Source: Ophelia neglecta (lineage: Eukaryota). Taken from it: a stretch of DNA of 64,000 bases. The notes under the pieces were generated by a model, which was not told where the DNA came from, did not search any database, and saw nothing but the letters and a program-made list of their open reading frames with translations. This document shows, piece by piece, positions 24,993-37,800 of the stretch (the first letter of the stretch is position 1; every line of letters starts with the position of its first letter). The position numbers and the translations under genes are program-made. The stretch spans positions 49,724,001-49,788,000 of the forward strand of contig OZ260665.1 in NCBI GenBank assembly GCA_965285935.1, read 5' to 3'.

Positions 24993-27900
24993 ATGAATAC
25001 AGGTAATTTTTTCGAATGTATTATAAAGTAAATACTATTACATACACAGGCACATACACAAGCATAATATAATAGCTAAATATCTAAGTCATTAAAAACT
25101 TTGGACGAGTTAATGTGCATGCTAGTATACCTAAATAGGCCTAGCCCAACGCATAGGAAATGGCGGTGGGTAACTTTTAAATTACTTTGTCAACAGTTTT
25201 TTTTTACATTGTAATACAAAATCAAACTATTTTTGTTCATTATATTTACTCGCTTTCCGTCTCACATGCAGATTTTGTATTTGATGACAAACTTGGTTTC
25301 GGCCCGGAAGAGAGAGCGGCGTTTGATAATAATGGATATGTGGTTTTAAGGCAAGTCCTAGACTTTATACTTCTTTCGGTTCCTGTTTAATCGAGATCAT
25401 ATTTATACATAATGGACTTTAAACTAACCAGTCATTCTATTAAGCATGCTTTATGACCAAATAGATAACCTTATGCCGGTAGCCCAGTAAATGAATGTGG
25501 ATGTTATTCCAGAAGGTTATTATCGAAGGAGGAAGTTGATAAGCTAAGGGTTGCCTTAGAGCACAGTAATGGAGTGATGTCAAAATCAGCCCTTCCCCCC
25601 AATGACAAAAAACAAAGGTTAAACACCGTGGGGTGGAGACAGCCAGGCAATGATGTCACTGGTATTGTTGCCCGATCAGAGAAAATGGTTCACACGGCAG
25701 AAACAGTAAGAAAGTATACATTTTACCACCCCATGGTTGATACATGGCTCGAATAGTAAACATGAAATTATGTCTATGATGTCATGCATTTAGGAACTAT
25801 GTTGTTCTTGTATGTTCACTCTGATTCAAGCTGTCGTCTGGTTTTTTGAGGTCAGTCCTTGATCTAAGTTGTAGATATTTTATCGTATTAACAAACCAGA
25901 TGACCGGTAGACAAAGCAAACTCATTAATCCAGAATAGTCTGAAATATAAATTGGGTCTACGTGAAATTACCGACGACTATCGGCAAAAAAAGTCCTCCT
26001 TTTGGATTAGTGATAATTCTCCACGGCGGATCGTTATCCAAGCATTTATATGCGGGGGTGAGTTATACATATATATGTACTCCTTTATACCGGTCCGAAA
26101 TTATTCGGAACCGTCAGCTTTTGGTCCATAAACATCAGTCCCCTGTAGATAAGTACGAGTTTCTAGTGAATTTGATATGTAGATAAAATTAGATGAAATT
26201 GCAACAGTTTTGCATGATGTGAGTAAAAGCACACAGCAAACAAGACGAGTATACTCCGATCTAATTTGTACGTGGGCTTTTGATTTGATATGTATCCCTT
26301 AATCTAAGCAGTACATAGGTCTTCGAGTTCAAATCCCTTTGCATAAATTGTCCTTGTGTTCATGTACATTCTGATCGAAGTGGTAACAGGTTTTATAGTT
26401 TATGTACACCTTGATTTAACTTATTGATATTTCTTATGTATTTGCCTTGACGTGCACTCTGCTCTAAGCTGTGGATAAGTTTTTAATTAATGTTTTTGCT
26501 TGTCTGCCGGGCATGTACTCCCGTGTTTGTGTACGCATGAACCTTCAAGTTACGTCTGAGGTCTGAGCTCTAGAGATGGCCACATCATCTCTGATTTTAA
26601 GGCCTTAACTGCAATAGCAAATCAATCCAATTTTTTTCAAAAATTGGGAACTGTTTCAGAAGATAGGCTTTGTCCGACATAAATGTTTTTTTTACTCATC
26701 CTTCGAAGCGTTCTATATTTAATACAGTTGAACCAAGTTTATTTCCCAATATATGCAATGCACGCGACTTGTACAATTCACTGTGATTTTTTTTTATTGT
26801 GTTTCAGTTACTAGGGGGCGAGGTGTATCATTATTGTGCCAGAGCTATGAGCAAGATGCCGAAAACAGGAGGATCTCCACATTGGCACCAAGACTACGGG
26901 CAAGAAATATGTATTATTTCTATTTATCGTATGGACAATAAAAATTCACGTTACATTTCCAACTGCTTGAATTTAGCAAGAATCACTAAATTTAGGAAAT
27001 TCATCTTATGACACTTTACTTTAAAAAAAGCAATACTTAGACCAAATAAGGCCTACATCTTGCATCTAAAAGTTTTGTTTCTTCCCCAGGTATTGGTATC
27101 ATTGTGGTTTGCTGTTCCCCTCTGTTGGTACACTCTGGATCGCAATAGACAAGTCCACTAGAGAAAATGGCTGCACGCAAGTTAGTAGTCTGACGATTGG
27201 CCCATTTTAAAAATTTACATTAATATTAACAGTTTAGGCTAACGCTAACTTAGATTACGAAGGACGATAGGAACAAAATGCGAGGCTGGGTTTACCATGT
27301 TTGCGCCCAAATGCGCAAACATGGTAATTTTTTTCGCATGTTTAAATATGTTAAGAGTGTCTATACATATGAAATTAGAGGCACAAGTTTCGCAGTCAGA
27401 TCTTGCTATAACAAGGAGTGCGTTAACTGTTATACCATGAAGTACGAGTTACCAGGAAGTGCAAGTTACGATGGAAAATATTATACGTACGAAACTAATA
27501 TACTTCGACTAATATACTTCTTTGTCTGTTTATTGCACAGCCAAGACAAAAGTAAACTGGTGTTCAGATGTTAGTACATGTACCGATCATCATTTCGTAA
27601 TATGAGGTGGGGGGAGGGGGGTCTGCCTATTGTAAAGTAGCATAGTGCATGTATCAGATTCGACGGAGGTAAGGGTCATTTCCCTCACTCCCATATATCT
27701 AATATATGTTAACCTCATGCACGCCAGCCTTCCTGTCGATTCAATTACTTTGATATATAACCTCAAAATATGTATACATCTGTTCAGTTTTTAAGCGGAT
27801 CACATAAGATGGGCCGTATTGACCTGCAGCAAGTCGAGAGCAAGGAAGGCAGTCCCCAAGGAGTTAAGAACCAGACAGTGGCTGATCCAGGCAGGGTGAA

Positions 27901-28633
27901 ACTGGCCAAAAAACATTTCAAACAAATCCACGTTGAGGTCATTAAATAACACTATGATTTCTGGCATAAATACCGAGCCGTTGACTAATGTATTATATTT
28001 TTTCGTATTTCGATATACTGTGATATATGCTGGAGATTCTCTATTGTTTCTAGGCAGAGCCCGGAGATGCAATTTTCTTTCATTGCAATACATTACATCG
28101 GAGCGATCCCAACGAAAGTTTATCCAGGAGAATGGCCTACCTTATCATGTATGGTCGAGTAGATAACGGCGTCCCAAGTGAACACGGCCTGCCTAACCAA
28201 ACCCCAATAGACAAGGTACAAGGATACAATGGCAATATAGAGCTCTATCATATGCAACACACATCTCTTCTTTTTCTACAATTTATTCACTTACATAGAA
28301 TTAACTTTTATTGGTTGTTCTTATTTCACATAAACATCTTTAACAGATTAATATTAATATAGCTAATTATTCAATCTTATAGCCTACACTATTATTTTGT
28401 AATGTGTACTTTGACTGCACGTATAATTGAAAGCTCTTTTCTCGCCAAAGGTGCCCAACGAGGCTATTCTTGATTGTGCAAATATAAGCAACTTGGAGGG
28501 GAAACATTTTATGGAACTAGACAAAGGACACAATCCTCCTTCAATCTACAAAGCCTCCCATCGCGACGTTGCGGCTAATAAAGTGGTCGAAGACGAACAG
28601 AAATTACTAAGAAGTCATTGGATTGAATATTGA
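24993..28633 (+). CDS. PhyH-family Fe(II)/2OG dioxygenase, copy 3, 319 aa, 8 coding exons
   Basis: Exons 24993-25002, 25272-25350 (GC donor), 25513-25705, 26808-26899 (GC donor), 27090-27180, 27788-27937, 28054-28215, 28451-28633. Internal exon lengths (79/193/92/91/150/162) are identical to copy 2. WHQDYGYWY ... HCNTLHRSDPN ... RRMAY intact. Confidence 0.88.
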
Positions 28634-30892
28634 TTCAGAGCAGCTGGGCGTGCTATTTTCTAAACACAATTAAAGCTTTGTCTGCAGTTTGACGTGTTGT
28701 TGTGTACATGCATGCCTTGAAAATATATAAATCTGGATATCAATGGCAGGTAGCGGAAATTCAGAATTCCAATCCGAGCAGATAAAAGGGTGTGAGCTGT
28801 TTTATTTTGTGTAAAGTGCCAACCTATAGAAGAAGCATGCGTTTTATATAGGACTTATTATTACAAAAGCTTTAAAGGTATATAGATATAGTAAGAACAA
28901 TACTTCGGAGCATGAATTTGCTTTGGTTATATTTTAAATATTGGACCATAGGTGTTGTACACGGCGCCGCCGGTGGTTACGATAGTACTTTAGATGTAGT
29001 TATCAACCGTAACTCTTCGACGAATGCCCAAAATTCTTATTATGTTGTTATCGTATCATAACATTCCTGCTATCATATTTTTCGCCGACTCCAATTGATT
29101 GGTTTGTTGGTTGGTTGGTTGATTTATTGCGTCCCATGCATTATAAAAAAACGCAACAAGTTCAATCAGTGAAGTTGAACTTTATTTAAAAATGAGCGAT
29201 TTAATGGTAATAATCACAATATAAATAAATTTTATCGTCTAGTCAGACTCCAACAGCCCCAGTAATATTTCAGACCTTCATATACTCAGTATACTCGCGT
29301 GGTGATGAGCAGTATATAAAGTTAGTAGCAGGGGACAATAGATTAAGACTTTCCCGCGCGAAGTGCAAAGCAGCTTATTTAAAATTAAATCATACTTTTT
29401 GGTTGGGGTTTCTTCAAAATAAGTTAATTTCATTAACGGTTACATTCTGTATGGCCTTTAGGCCTATATAACTGCTATATTCGACGTCAAACTGCTTGAC
29501 AATTGCCAAGGTGTTAATAATTTAAGAATTTGTATTCATTTGTGTATTAAAATATCTTCAAACTGGGTTACCCTATCATTACAGCTATTTTCCCTAGGGG
29601 TCCAGTCATGTACATATATACATGACAACGACCATGACAATAAATTTAGGCTAAGTTTCATTATACAAAACGCGCAAGTTCGTATCTTATAATTAGTTGC
29701 GCAAAAGCATGTATAAACATGAAAATAAAATAGTTAAAAATCGGCAAAATATGTTATTCCCTGATCAAGTAAACTAAAGCAATAAATAAAATATTTAATG
29801 GCACAGCCTGTTTTTTTGAAGTGATTCCTGCTACTGTGATCTTTACGCTTTACGTCGCTTAAAGTTGGATCTGTTTCATGCAGAGCTTGTCTTTCTCAAA
29901 TTCCAGTATCAAAACAAACTGAAATGTTTCTGTATTTACCCTTAAGAAAAAAGTCTAGATTTTCTAAGGGTCGAAATAGGAGGTGGTAAAGACTTGCCCG
30001 AATCATTGTCCCTTGCTTAGACAAGCAGATCACTTGGTTAACTCCTCTATATTTTAATCATATAATCTTTAACTAAAATGTAGATATCAGTGTCTGGTTG
30101 GATGAAAAAGTCGACACACTGTATACTTTAGGTTAAAAACCGCTGGAGCTATAGGCCTGGGCCAGGCCCCGGGCGTCGTCAAGATGTCTGGTCTGCCACT
30201 GCCTAATATACTATCAATCTGACAGAAGTTACATACAAATTCATGTGAGCGTTATCATGTGACACTATTTACGTTCTATATACCATAGAACTTATGATAA
30301 AACGATAAAACAACAAGTTTAACTGGTGTTCATCGAGGGAAGATACTTCTTCGACTATAAAACTATAATATATACATGTATACTGTACTAATGGAAGGCA
30401 GGAATGAGACGCATAGTTCCCCGGGGTGAGATGAACTCTACCAAAATCGAAAATCGATATCCTTGACGTTTTAAAGGTTCCCTCGCCCAAGTGTATCTTA
30501 ACCCACATGTACACGAGTTGTGATGACATCAGAGTCAAATGCTTATTGCTCTTAGCCTGACTGACACCTACTCTCATCCCGGAGTAATTAACCACCTCTA
30601 AGTTCCTAGTAAATGAGCAAGTATGTCGTGACGTCTTTGATATATGTAAAACTGCAATATTATACTGACGCTGAAAATGTGGTAGAACATCGCAATTTAT
30701 GACAAACTGTAACATGTCAAACAACTTCTAACTTAATTATTCATAGGCCTCCCTACGGTTGAAATGATTGATATAATGACATGGAAAGCCACACCTCTTT
30801 ATAAAGTTTTAAAACTAGCCGGACGGTCCGTCACGTGATCAGTAAAACGCACGCGGTTCATCGTTTAGAGTATAAATTATTGACATTATGGG

Positions 30893-31200
30893 AAAAGTTA
30901 CCTATGGGCAGAGATGTTTTACGGTAATGGCTCCTAGACTGTGGAACAAATCACCTAAATATCTTAGATAGAGACTTTTCATTCATTCAAGAAAAACTTG
31001 ACAGCTTTCCTCTTAGAGAAGCTTATAATGTTTGATCGATTTCTGCTGCATTTAACTTTATCGTCCATCTAGTCATAATTACTGGGCCTTTTAACTACCT
31101 TGTATCATTTTACTTGTTAAGCGCCTTAGAGCAAGACGGATAAGGCGCTATACAAAATCTGTAAATAATGATAATAATAATAATTATTATTATTATCATT
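30893..31200 (+). mobile_element. 3' end of an L2/CR1-group LINE
   Basis: Degenerate ORF2 C-terminus KVTYGQRCFTVMAPRLWNKSPKYLR*...SFKKNLTAFLL; 3' stem-loop agcgcctta(31120)...taaggcgct(31141); (TAA)n/(TTA)n tail. Confidence 0.8.
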
Positions 31201-33276
31201 ATGGCGCGCACTTGACAGGCGCACTACCTGCAGCTAACATAACATTGAATATTGGCCTTTAAATGAAATATGTAATTATAGATTGAAGCAAGTTACTCAG
31301 GTTTTCCTGTAAATCATTTTCTATCTTCTTTTTAACATTGACCATAAACTTTTAATTTGGGCACAGTCACTGAGACAAGCTATTAAGATGTTACGACCGT
31401 GCATCTAAAGGAATTTCATTTTTTCAAAAAGGAAAAATATTGGACAAGAGGTTTCCTCATTCGAATATAAGAAAGAGTAAAATATACAGAAAAATACCGG
31501 TTATTACACATTTATCAATTTGAAAGAAATAAAGACGAAATTCCGTGACATGTACAGGACATAAAATAAAAATTAAACTTTCTAGTGTTAGTATTATATT
31601 TGTCTGCTAATTCATTAAGTTAACTTCATTAATGGCTGAATAATTAATAAAAATGATAACTAAAAACATAATTAAATACTTCTCAGGGCGGCTTATTATT
31701 TATCGGATTCTGGATCCCAATGGATATTTGCATAACGTTCAGGCCTACTAAATAGGACTCGGGCCTATCAAATTCGTGCCTATAGCTGCACATGCACAAC
31801 ACATCTTTAAGCAGGCGGATGTCTGTTGGAAGTCTGTGATGTATCAAACAGATTCAACAGCCTACTTATTGGTATTTTCTCATGCCGTTAAAATGACAAA
31901 CTGGCTTAGGGTTACGCATTGAAGATATTTTACATTCTATATTTCAGAGGTTATTTGTCGATCACCACTTACATGTCTACAGCAAAAGTCATTATATTGT
32001 CATCAATATATATCTCTTTGTTCTAATCATCATGCACACATGACAACCCAAAAGGTATAGGCGGGCCTATTACTTGCATTGTTTATTCATATACCAGGCC
32101 TGCTCCATATATCATATAGACATATTTACACTTACAAGCTTATAAGGGATATAGGCTGTTTATAGTATGTGCAAGCCATTGAGTTTGGTTAAACCTCACC
32201 AGCAAATCACGCGCCATTTAGTGCAAGAGCCTCAACATTCATTCTTTCACAAAAAAGAAAAACACACACACACGAAACACACGAAGGACCGTACAGATGT
32301 GTAGGCGAATATGATGTATTACTGTCTAACGGGTTAAATTACAATGTGGTTTGCTTTGAACATCAAACCATAGATACAAACGTCATGAAACACTATATAT
32401 CTGCCCAGTGAAAATTGCCAGAATATCGGAGATTAGGTAAAGACTGTCTTTTAATTTGTATGTAGACATAACAATGCTGAGTTTTGTTTTCGTTGGTTAA
32501 TGAAGCAAGTATTAATAAGAATGTAGAATAAGTTAAGTGTTGAAGTAGAATTATAATGAATACGAAAACTATTAATATTTGACAACCTGGCAGCTAAATA
32601 ATGTACGACCAAAGGTACTGAAAAACCCAGATGAAATATGCTTGGGAAACAAATGGTCTTTCAAATTACATGTAATATTTTAACTTAATATATTTACCGC
32701 GCATACAAATTATAGCACTGAGAATTTATATTGCTTACAGCTTCGTTTCACCATTTGTCCCTGGCAAATTCCATTATACTCATGCGTGGATGTGACTTGC
32801 CGCAATCGAGTCTTTATCTATTTTATAGTCTTCAATTGTAAAGAAAATCAAATACGGGACCTATTTGACGATTTTTTTTACGAACCCACACTTGCTCGTT
32901 AATCCATTATTAGCTTATGGCTTATAGTTTTTAAGCTATAGGCCTAGCGAGAAACAATTAAATTGTGTTTTTTATTTATTCCATTTTAGAATGTTTGCTT
33001 TTATCTACTATTTCTTGTAAATGGCTCTCTGTCTAGTGTAAAACTTTGTTGATGGCCTTATAATCTGTTGTTAGTCACAATAATGACGATGCGCTGTGAC
33101 CTCCACTCCTTGCGCAGTTGACTCCGAGATATATATATAGAGAGTTCTTCTGATCATATCCAGTTTCCCCGATTCGTGTTTGGTTAGCTCGGCTGGTATT
33201 TACTGTAATGGTGTAGGCGAGACACATGACATTGTACGGACTGGAGTGCTGACTTACATGCTCACTTTAACGCTCC

Positions 33277-33318
33277 TCTCGGATATCCGTGTTTAAACAT
33301 CTCCACTATATATATATA
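33277..33318 (+). promoter_or_regulatory. Core promoter of secreted-protein gene A (conserved 19-mer + TATA)
   Basis: tctcggatatccgtgttta is identical upstream of paralog B (40286-40304) and is followed by ccacTATATA in both genes. Confidence 0.55.
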
Positions 33319-33393
33319 ATCGACCTTCTATAGAACCTCCATCCTTGCCATAATCCGTATAGTGTACTAGTATACCGTCAGATCATCCCGGCA

Positions 33394-36191
33394 ATGGCGC
33401 TGATAGCTCAAGTTCTGTGGGCAGGGGCCTTATTCCTGCTCTGTTTGGGGGTCACATTAGACCTATCAGTTGGTAAGTTCTCGTCTTGAGTTTTAATGGT
33501 CTTATTATACCTATATAAACGGGACCTAAAGTCGACTCTTGAATCGAAATAAAGTATTGTGTTGGGAAAAATATCCATCGATAACAAGTTAGCATGACTT
33601 AAAGCCCAAGAATGATTCAGCCACCAACACCCAGAATATCTTTGCACTGTATTAAGATGTGTACAATGCGTATATATAGGTCAAAGGCTTCAAAACTTTG
33701 GTTTGTGATTGCTTAAATTAGGATACCAAATCGAGTAGAGTGATCACCAATTAGTAAAATTAACTGACTTAGATTAAACAAGGCAGATGAAAAGAATGAG
33801 ATACTTAATTATATTAATCGTTTCAGCGGCGTGTGACACTGGACGCATTTTTGTGGGTAGCGTAAATGAAGAATTTCCGGACTTATTACCCGTCAATGGT
33901 ATATACTTGACGCAGGAGGGAGACCAGCATGGGGTACCTGTGTTTAAACATGAAACGCTGGACTTCTATTTGTACCATGTCGAGGGCAATCTGTTCGACT
34001 CGGGCCATCGTCCTGGTTACTGGGCAGTCGGACATAAAGTGGGGGGAGCCGATGCTCTTCTCAGCGTCCCTTCCGCTATTTCAAATCCGGGGGAAGTTGG
34101 TCTCGATTGGCGCGCCTGGAATTCGCGGACACAGACGTGGCAGCGAGACTTAAGACTTAATGCAAAGTGTGTGCCGGATAGCTTCCGCATGTGTAATGGC
34201 GGTCCTATTGTCATATCAGGGCTCGAAGCCGACCATTTGAACCAGGCCTGGCGATTGGGTGTATATGTTCCCACTAACGAAACATTCGACTTGAGGCCTG
34301 TTTATAAACACCAACTGATGCAGCAATACCTTTTCTTCCATCGCGGCTTGTGGCTGATTGGACCGGAAGTTGGAACAGTGTCTGGTGGCCTTTACGTCCC
34401 TGACAGTGCATGGAGGCCTGAATTTATCATCCAGGATTGGGTGGTGTTCAATGGTCACCACTTGGATGACGACCCTACAGTACGAGTTAACTGCCTCGAC
34501 GGTAGGTAGAGATAAATAGATAAATTTTGTTCGAGGAAGACTTTATATGTGTTTTATATGCATGCCGGACCTCATTAACTGCATGTAAGGGGAAGTGCAA
34601 GCGAAAAGGTTTCAGTTGTGTTTTTCGGTCGACACTATGAGTTATTGTTACGAAATTAAACACAGGTGATCATATATACCATGATACCAATAATGCCGAT
34701 ATTGATCTCATTGAATCCTCAGATGTAGCCGTCAGTGCAGATCTGGTTGATAGCCAAGAAACTGTTAGATGTCAGGAAAATTACTGCTTCAATGGCGGAA
34801 AATGTGTGAATGCAGACAACGGTCAGATACTTTGCAGGTGTTCACCAGGCTCGTTTGGAGACAGGTGTCAAGAAGGTGGTATTTCAATTTAACTCACTTT
34901 AAAAAGGAGTTCAGTTAGAAGTCTCGCAAGGGTTTTAGATTGGTATGTTTGTGCAAAGTTCTGAGCAAGTTGAAATTTCCTTGAAATAAGTATCATGACA
35001 CAAATGTTGCAGTTCTGCCATGCTTCTCTGATACACCTGATAATATGAAGATTAATACAAATAACATACATTGGCATTTACGTAATTCGCAAATAACCAG
35101 GTTCTAAGAGTAGATTTTATGATTTTAAAAGTAGCTGATTTGGATTTTTATATGGTGAAAAACGAATGTATCTGAAGGAGTATACTGATAATTTGGGAGA
35201 AATTCGAATATTAGTTTGAACGACAAAAAAATCCATTAACATTTTACAAATGTTTGGTGGCGGTATACATATCACGCCGGCAGATATGCGTATCTCATTA
35301 AAAATATTTAATCTGTCGGGACACGAGACCAAGGCTCGATTTAAGCAGTGGACAACGCCAGGCTACCATATATTCTTTTTGGCAAGTGGATTTTATATTT
35401 CAAATGTAATCCACTCAGCAATTTTGCGATAAAATACTTGAAATTTGTGTTGGAACAAAGCAAGTAATATTTGTGTTTGCTAAAAAAAACTAAACAAAGG
35501 CTTACAAGTTAAAAGTCATTGAAAGAATAATCTCCCTTTTTGTTATTTCAAACAGAAGGGCCAGATGACCTTCATTTGGGCTAGTAGAAAGTTGTAACTA
35601 TTGGAATATTGGCCAGTAGTTGCTTTATTCTCAAGTTGAGCCGTGTTAAACAATGGCATCAAAACACACTGTTAATTAGGTCAAGAGTTGATAAATTGCA
35701 CAACTCTTAAGATCGAACGGTTGACGCCAATCAATTTTATCTATATAATTATACCCACGCAAAGATGAAATTTATGTTTTTCAACCCTGGCGAAATGCCT
35801 TAGATTGAATTGAATTCAATGTGTCGTATGGTGATACTTTATATTTTGAATGAAGTTTTATCTGTGCTTGACAGTGGTTTCCTGTGATCCCATTCCCACC
35901 TCGAGCAGTTACACGACTGTGCAGACCACTGAGAGAAAGTTTCTAGATGTGGCATTTGTGACGTGTTTGAACCATAGTGGCGAAAGAGGCGTGACCACGG
36001 GGGTCGTCTGCCAATCTGACGGCACATGGTCGTCATTGCCAAATTGCCATCCGGGCATTCGTGAGGTCACTCCCGAGGTCCAAACCGAGGCAGACCCTGG
36101 GCCAATCACATCAGATCTTCCCAGGGCCATTGGCAACCTTAACCTCAGCATTATGGAAGTCATTAAACATCTGGACAACGACCGTGATTGA
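33394..36191 (+). CDS. Secreted protein A: signal peptide + two unnamed ~110-aa Trp/Cys repeats + EGF + Sushi/CCP-like domain, 407 aa
   Basis: Exons 33394-33472 (MALIAQVLWAGALFLLCLGVTLDLSV), 33827-34501, 34723-34875 (CQENYCFNGGKCVNADNGQILCRCSPGSFGDRC, EGF), 35875-36191 (CDPIP...VTC...VCQSDGTWSSLPNC, Sushi-like); all phase-1 GT-AG introns; AATAAA at 36340. Confidence 0.88.
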
Positions 36192-37149
36192 GAGGAGCTG
36201 GCTTGATCAACATCGCCAGAATATGAAATATATTACAACATATGAGTAAACCCACGAAACTTCAATAGAACTGAGTAATCTAACAAGTTTGATGATGCAT
36301 ATAATCTAATTATGGTTATTAATTTTTTAATTCATGTTTAATAAAGAAATAAGCCATCATACATTTTGACATTACGTCAGATCATCGGACTGATTTAACT
36401 TATTATGTAATGCATAAGTTAATACTTATTTTGTAATGCATTGGTTAATACGTATATTGTCCAATAAATCGGGGCCTTAACACATTTTTCAAACTGCGTA
36501 ATATAAACATATCATGTAACAAATCACTGGTATTCAAGCGACGCACCTAAATGCACTTTATAAAGTAACAAGCATATTTTACCTATTTATTAAAATGATC
36601 AAATCTTTCTTTATTTAGGCCGTGCTTGTCAAGTGTCTAAAAAGGAAGCGAATATTCTTTCTAGGGGGGGGGGGGGGGGGGGGGGGTTGCGTGGTAATAA
36701 TTGAATGATGGAAAATTTGGTGACGAAATATATGACAAATTTTTGTCTGTTGCCTGATTTCTAGTCTTATTACTGTTCAAGAATATTAGAGGCACAGCCA
36801 AGTTTGTCAGACAGAGAAGGGGTGCTAGATCGAGCAGACGTGTGCAAATCAAAAGTGCCATAAATAGTATAGTCTGTTCCATTTTTAACGCTGAAGCCAA
36901 AGTTATGTCGTAAAATGAAATCCGGATAAAGGAGCACAGTTTAAACGAATTTTGCTAATAAGCGATATATGATTGGAATTCAAAACGCAAGAGAAAAAAT
37001 TGAAAGAAATCAAAGAAAGACAGTGAAAGTTTGAATTGAATACATGCACACGAGGAAATTACGCGAGTTAGTCAAATAAGATAGTGAACCTAAATAAAGA
37101 TGACGTTTTAAGTATTAATACATTAAAGTATTAAATATAATGTTATTAT

Positions 37150-37800
37150 CATTCTGCATTTAAAGTAGCCTACGTGTACTACAATACTTCTTAATAAACG
37201 CACAAAGTAGTGAACAACATTTGAGTACAGCGATTGATGAATAACTCACGATAAAGGGACACTGACTTGTACAATGAGATTTCTTGAATCCACAATGGTA
37301 CTAAGATGAAGTAAATATGTCACAACATTTCTCGAGCAAAAGTTTGCCAATAATTTCCCCATTACACTGCTAAGACCTATTGCCCTATGATTATAAGTAA
37401 AATTGCCATTATTGCCATCGTTTTTACCTAGCATTAACAAAATTACAGAACTCACAACATGTCTGACATTTATAAGATGTTATTCATAGTTTTTTTGTCA
37501 TCGGATTTTCTTATCAATTTCACCCTTTACACCATCCATTTTCTCTTTTATCGTATGATACGCTATTAAATAGAGTATGATATTTATCAGAATAAAGTTG
37601 ATTAATGCTCACTTTCGCAATTGCTCCATCAACAGAAGTATTGCGATTAGCATTACGTCCATTCATTGTTTTTACTTCATTTCGAAAGTCGTTCTGGATG
37701 CTTCTAAAGAAAAATTGAACTATATTATGCGACCGAATAAAGTATTCATTAGGGGCACCTCTAAATCTTGAGTCGAACTTGGTCCCATTGCCATGCCGTT
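37150..37800 (-). mobile_element. Degenerate non-LTR retrotransposon (LINE) ORF2/RT fragment
   Basis: Broken frames give NQLYSDKYHTLFNSVSYDKRE, NHRAIGLSSVMGKLL (NYR.I.L.S...KL motif) and GFKKSHCTSQC (Q.GF...ST motif). Confidence 0.75.

Noticed and set aside
14208-28633. Recent bacterial horizontal transfer or contamination of the dioxygenases
   Set aside because: Genes have 5-7 spliceosomal introns at shared positions and host-like composition; any transfer would be ancient and needs a phylogeny
30269-30724. 151-aa minus-strand ORF
   Set aside because: No recognisable motif, non-ATG start and no convincing splice context
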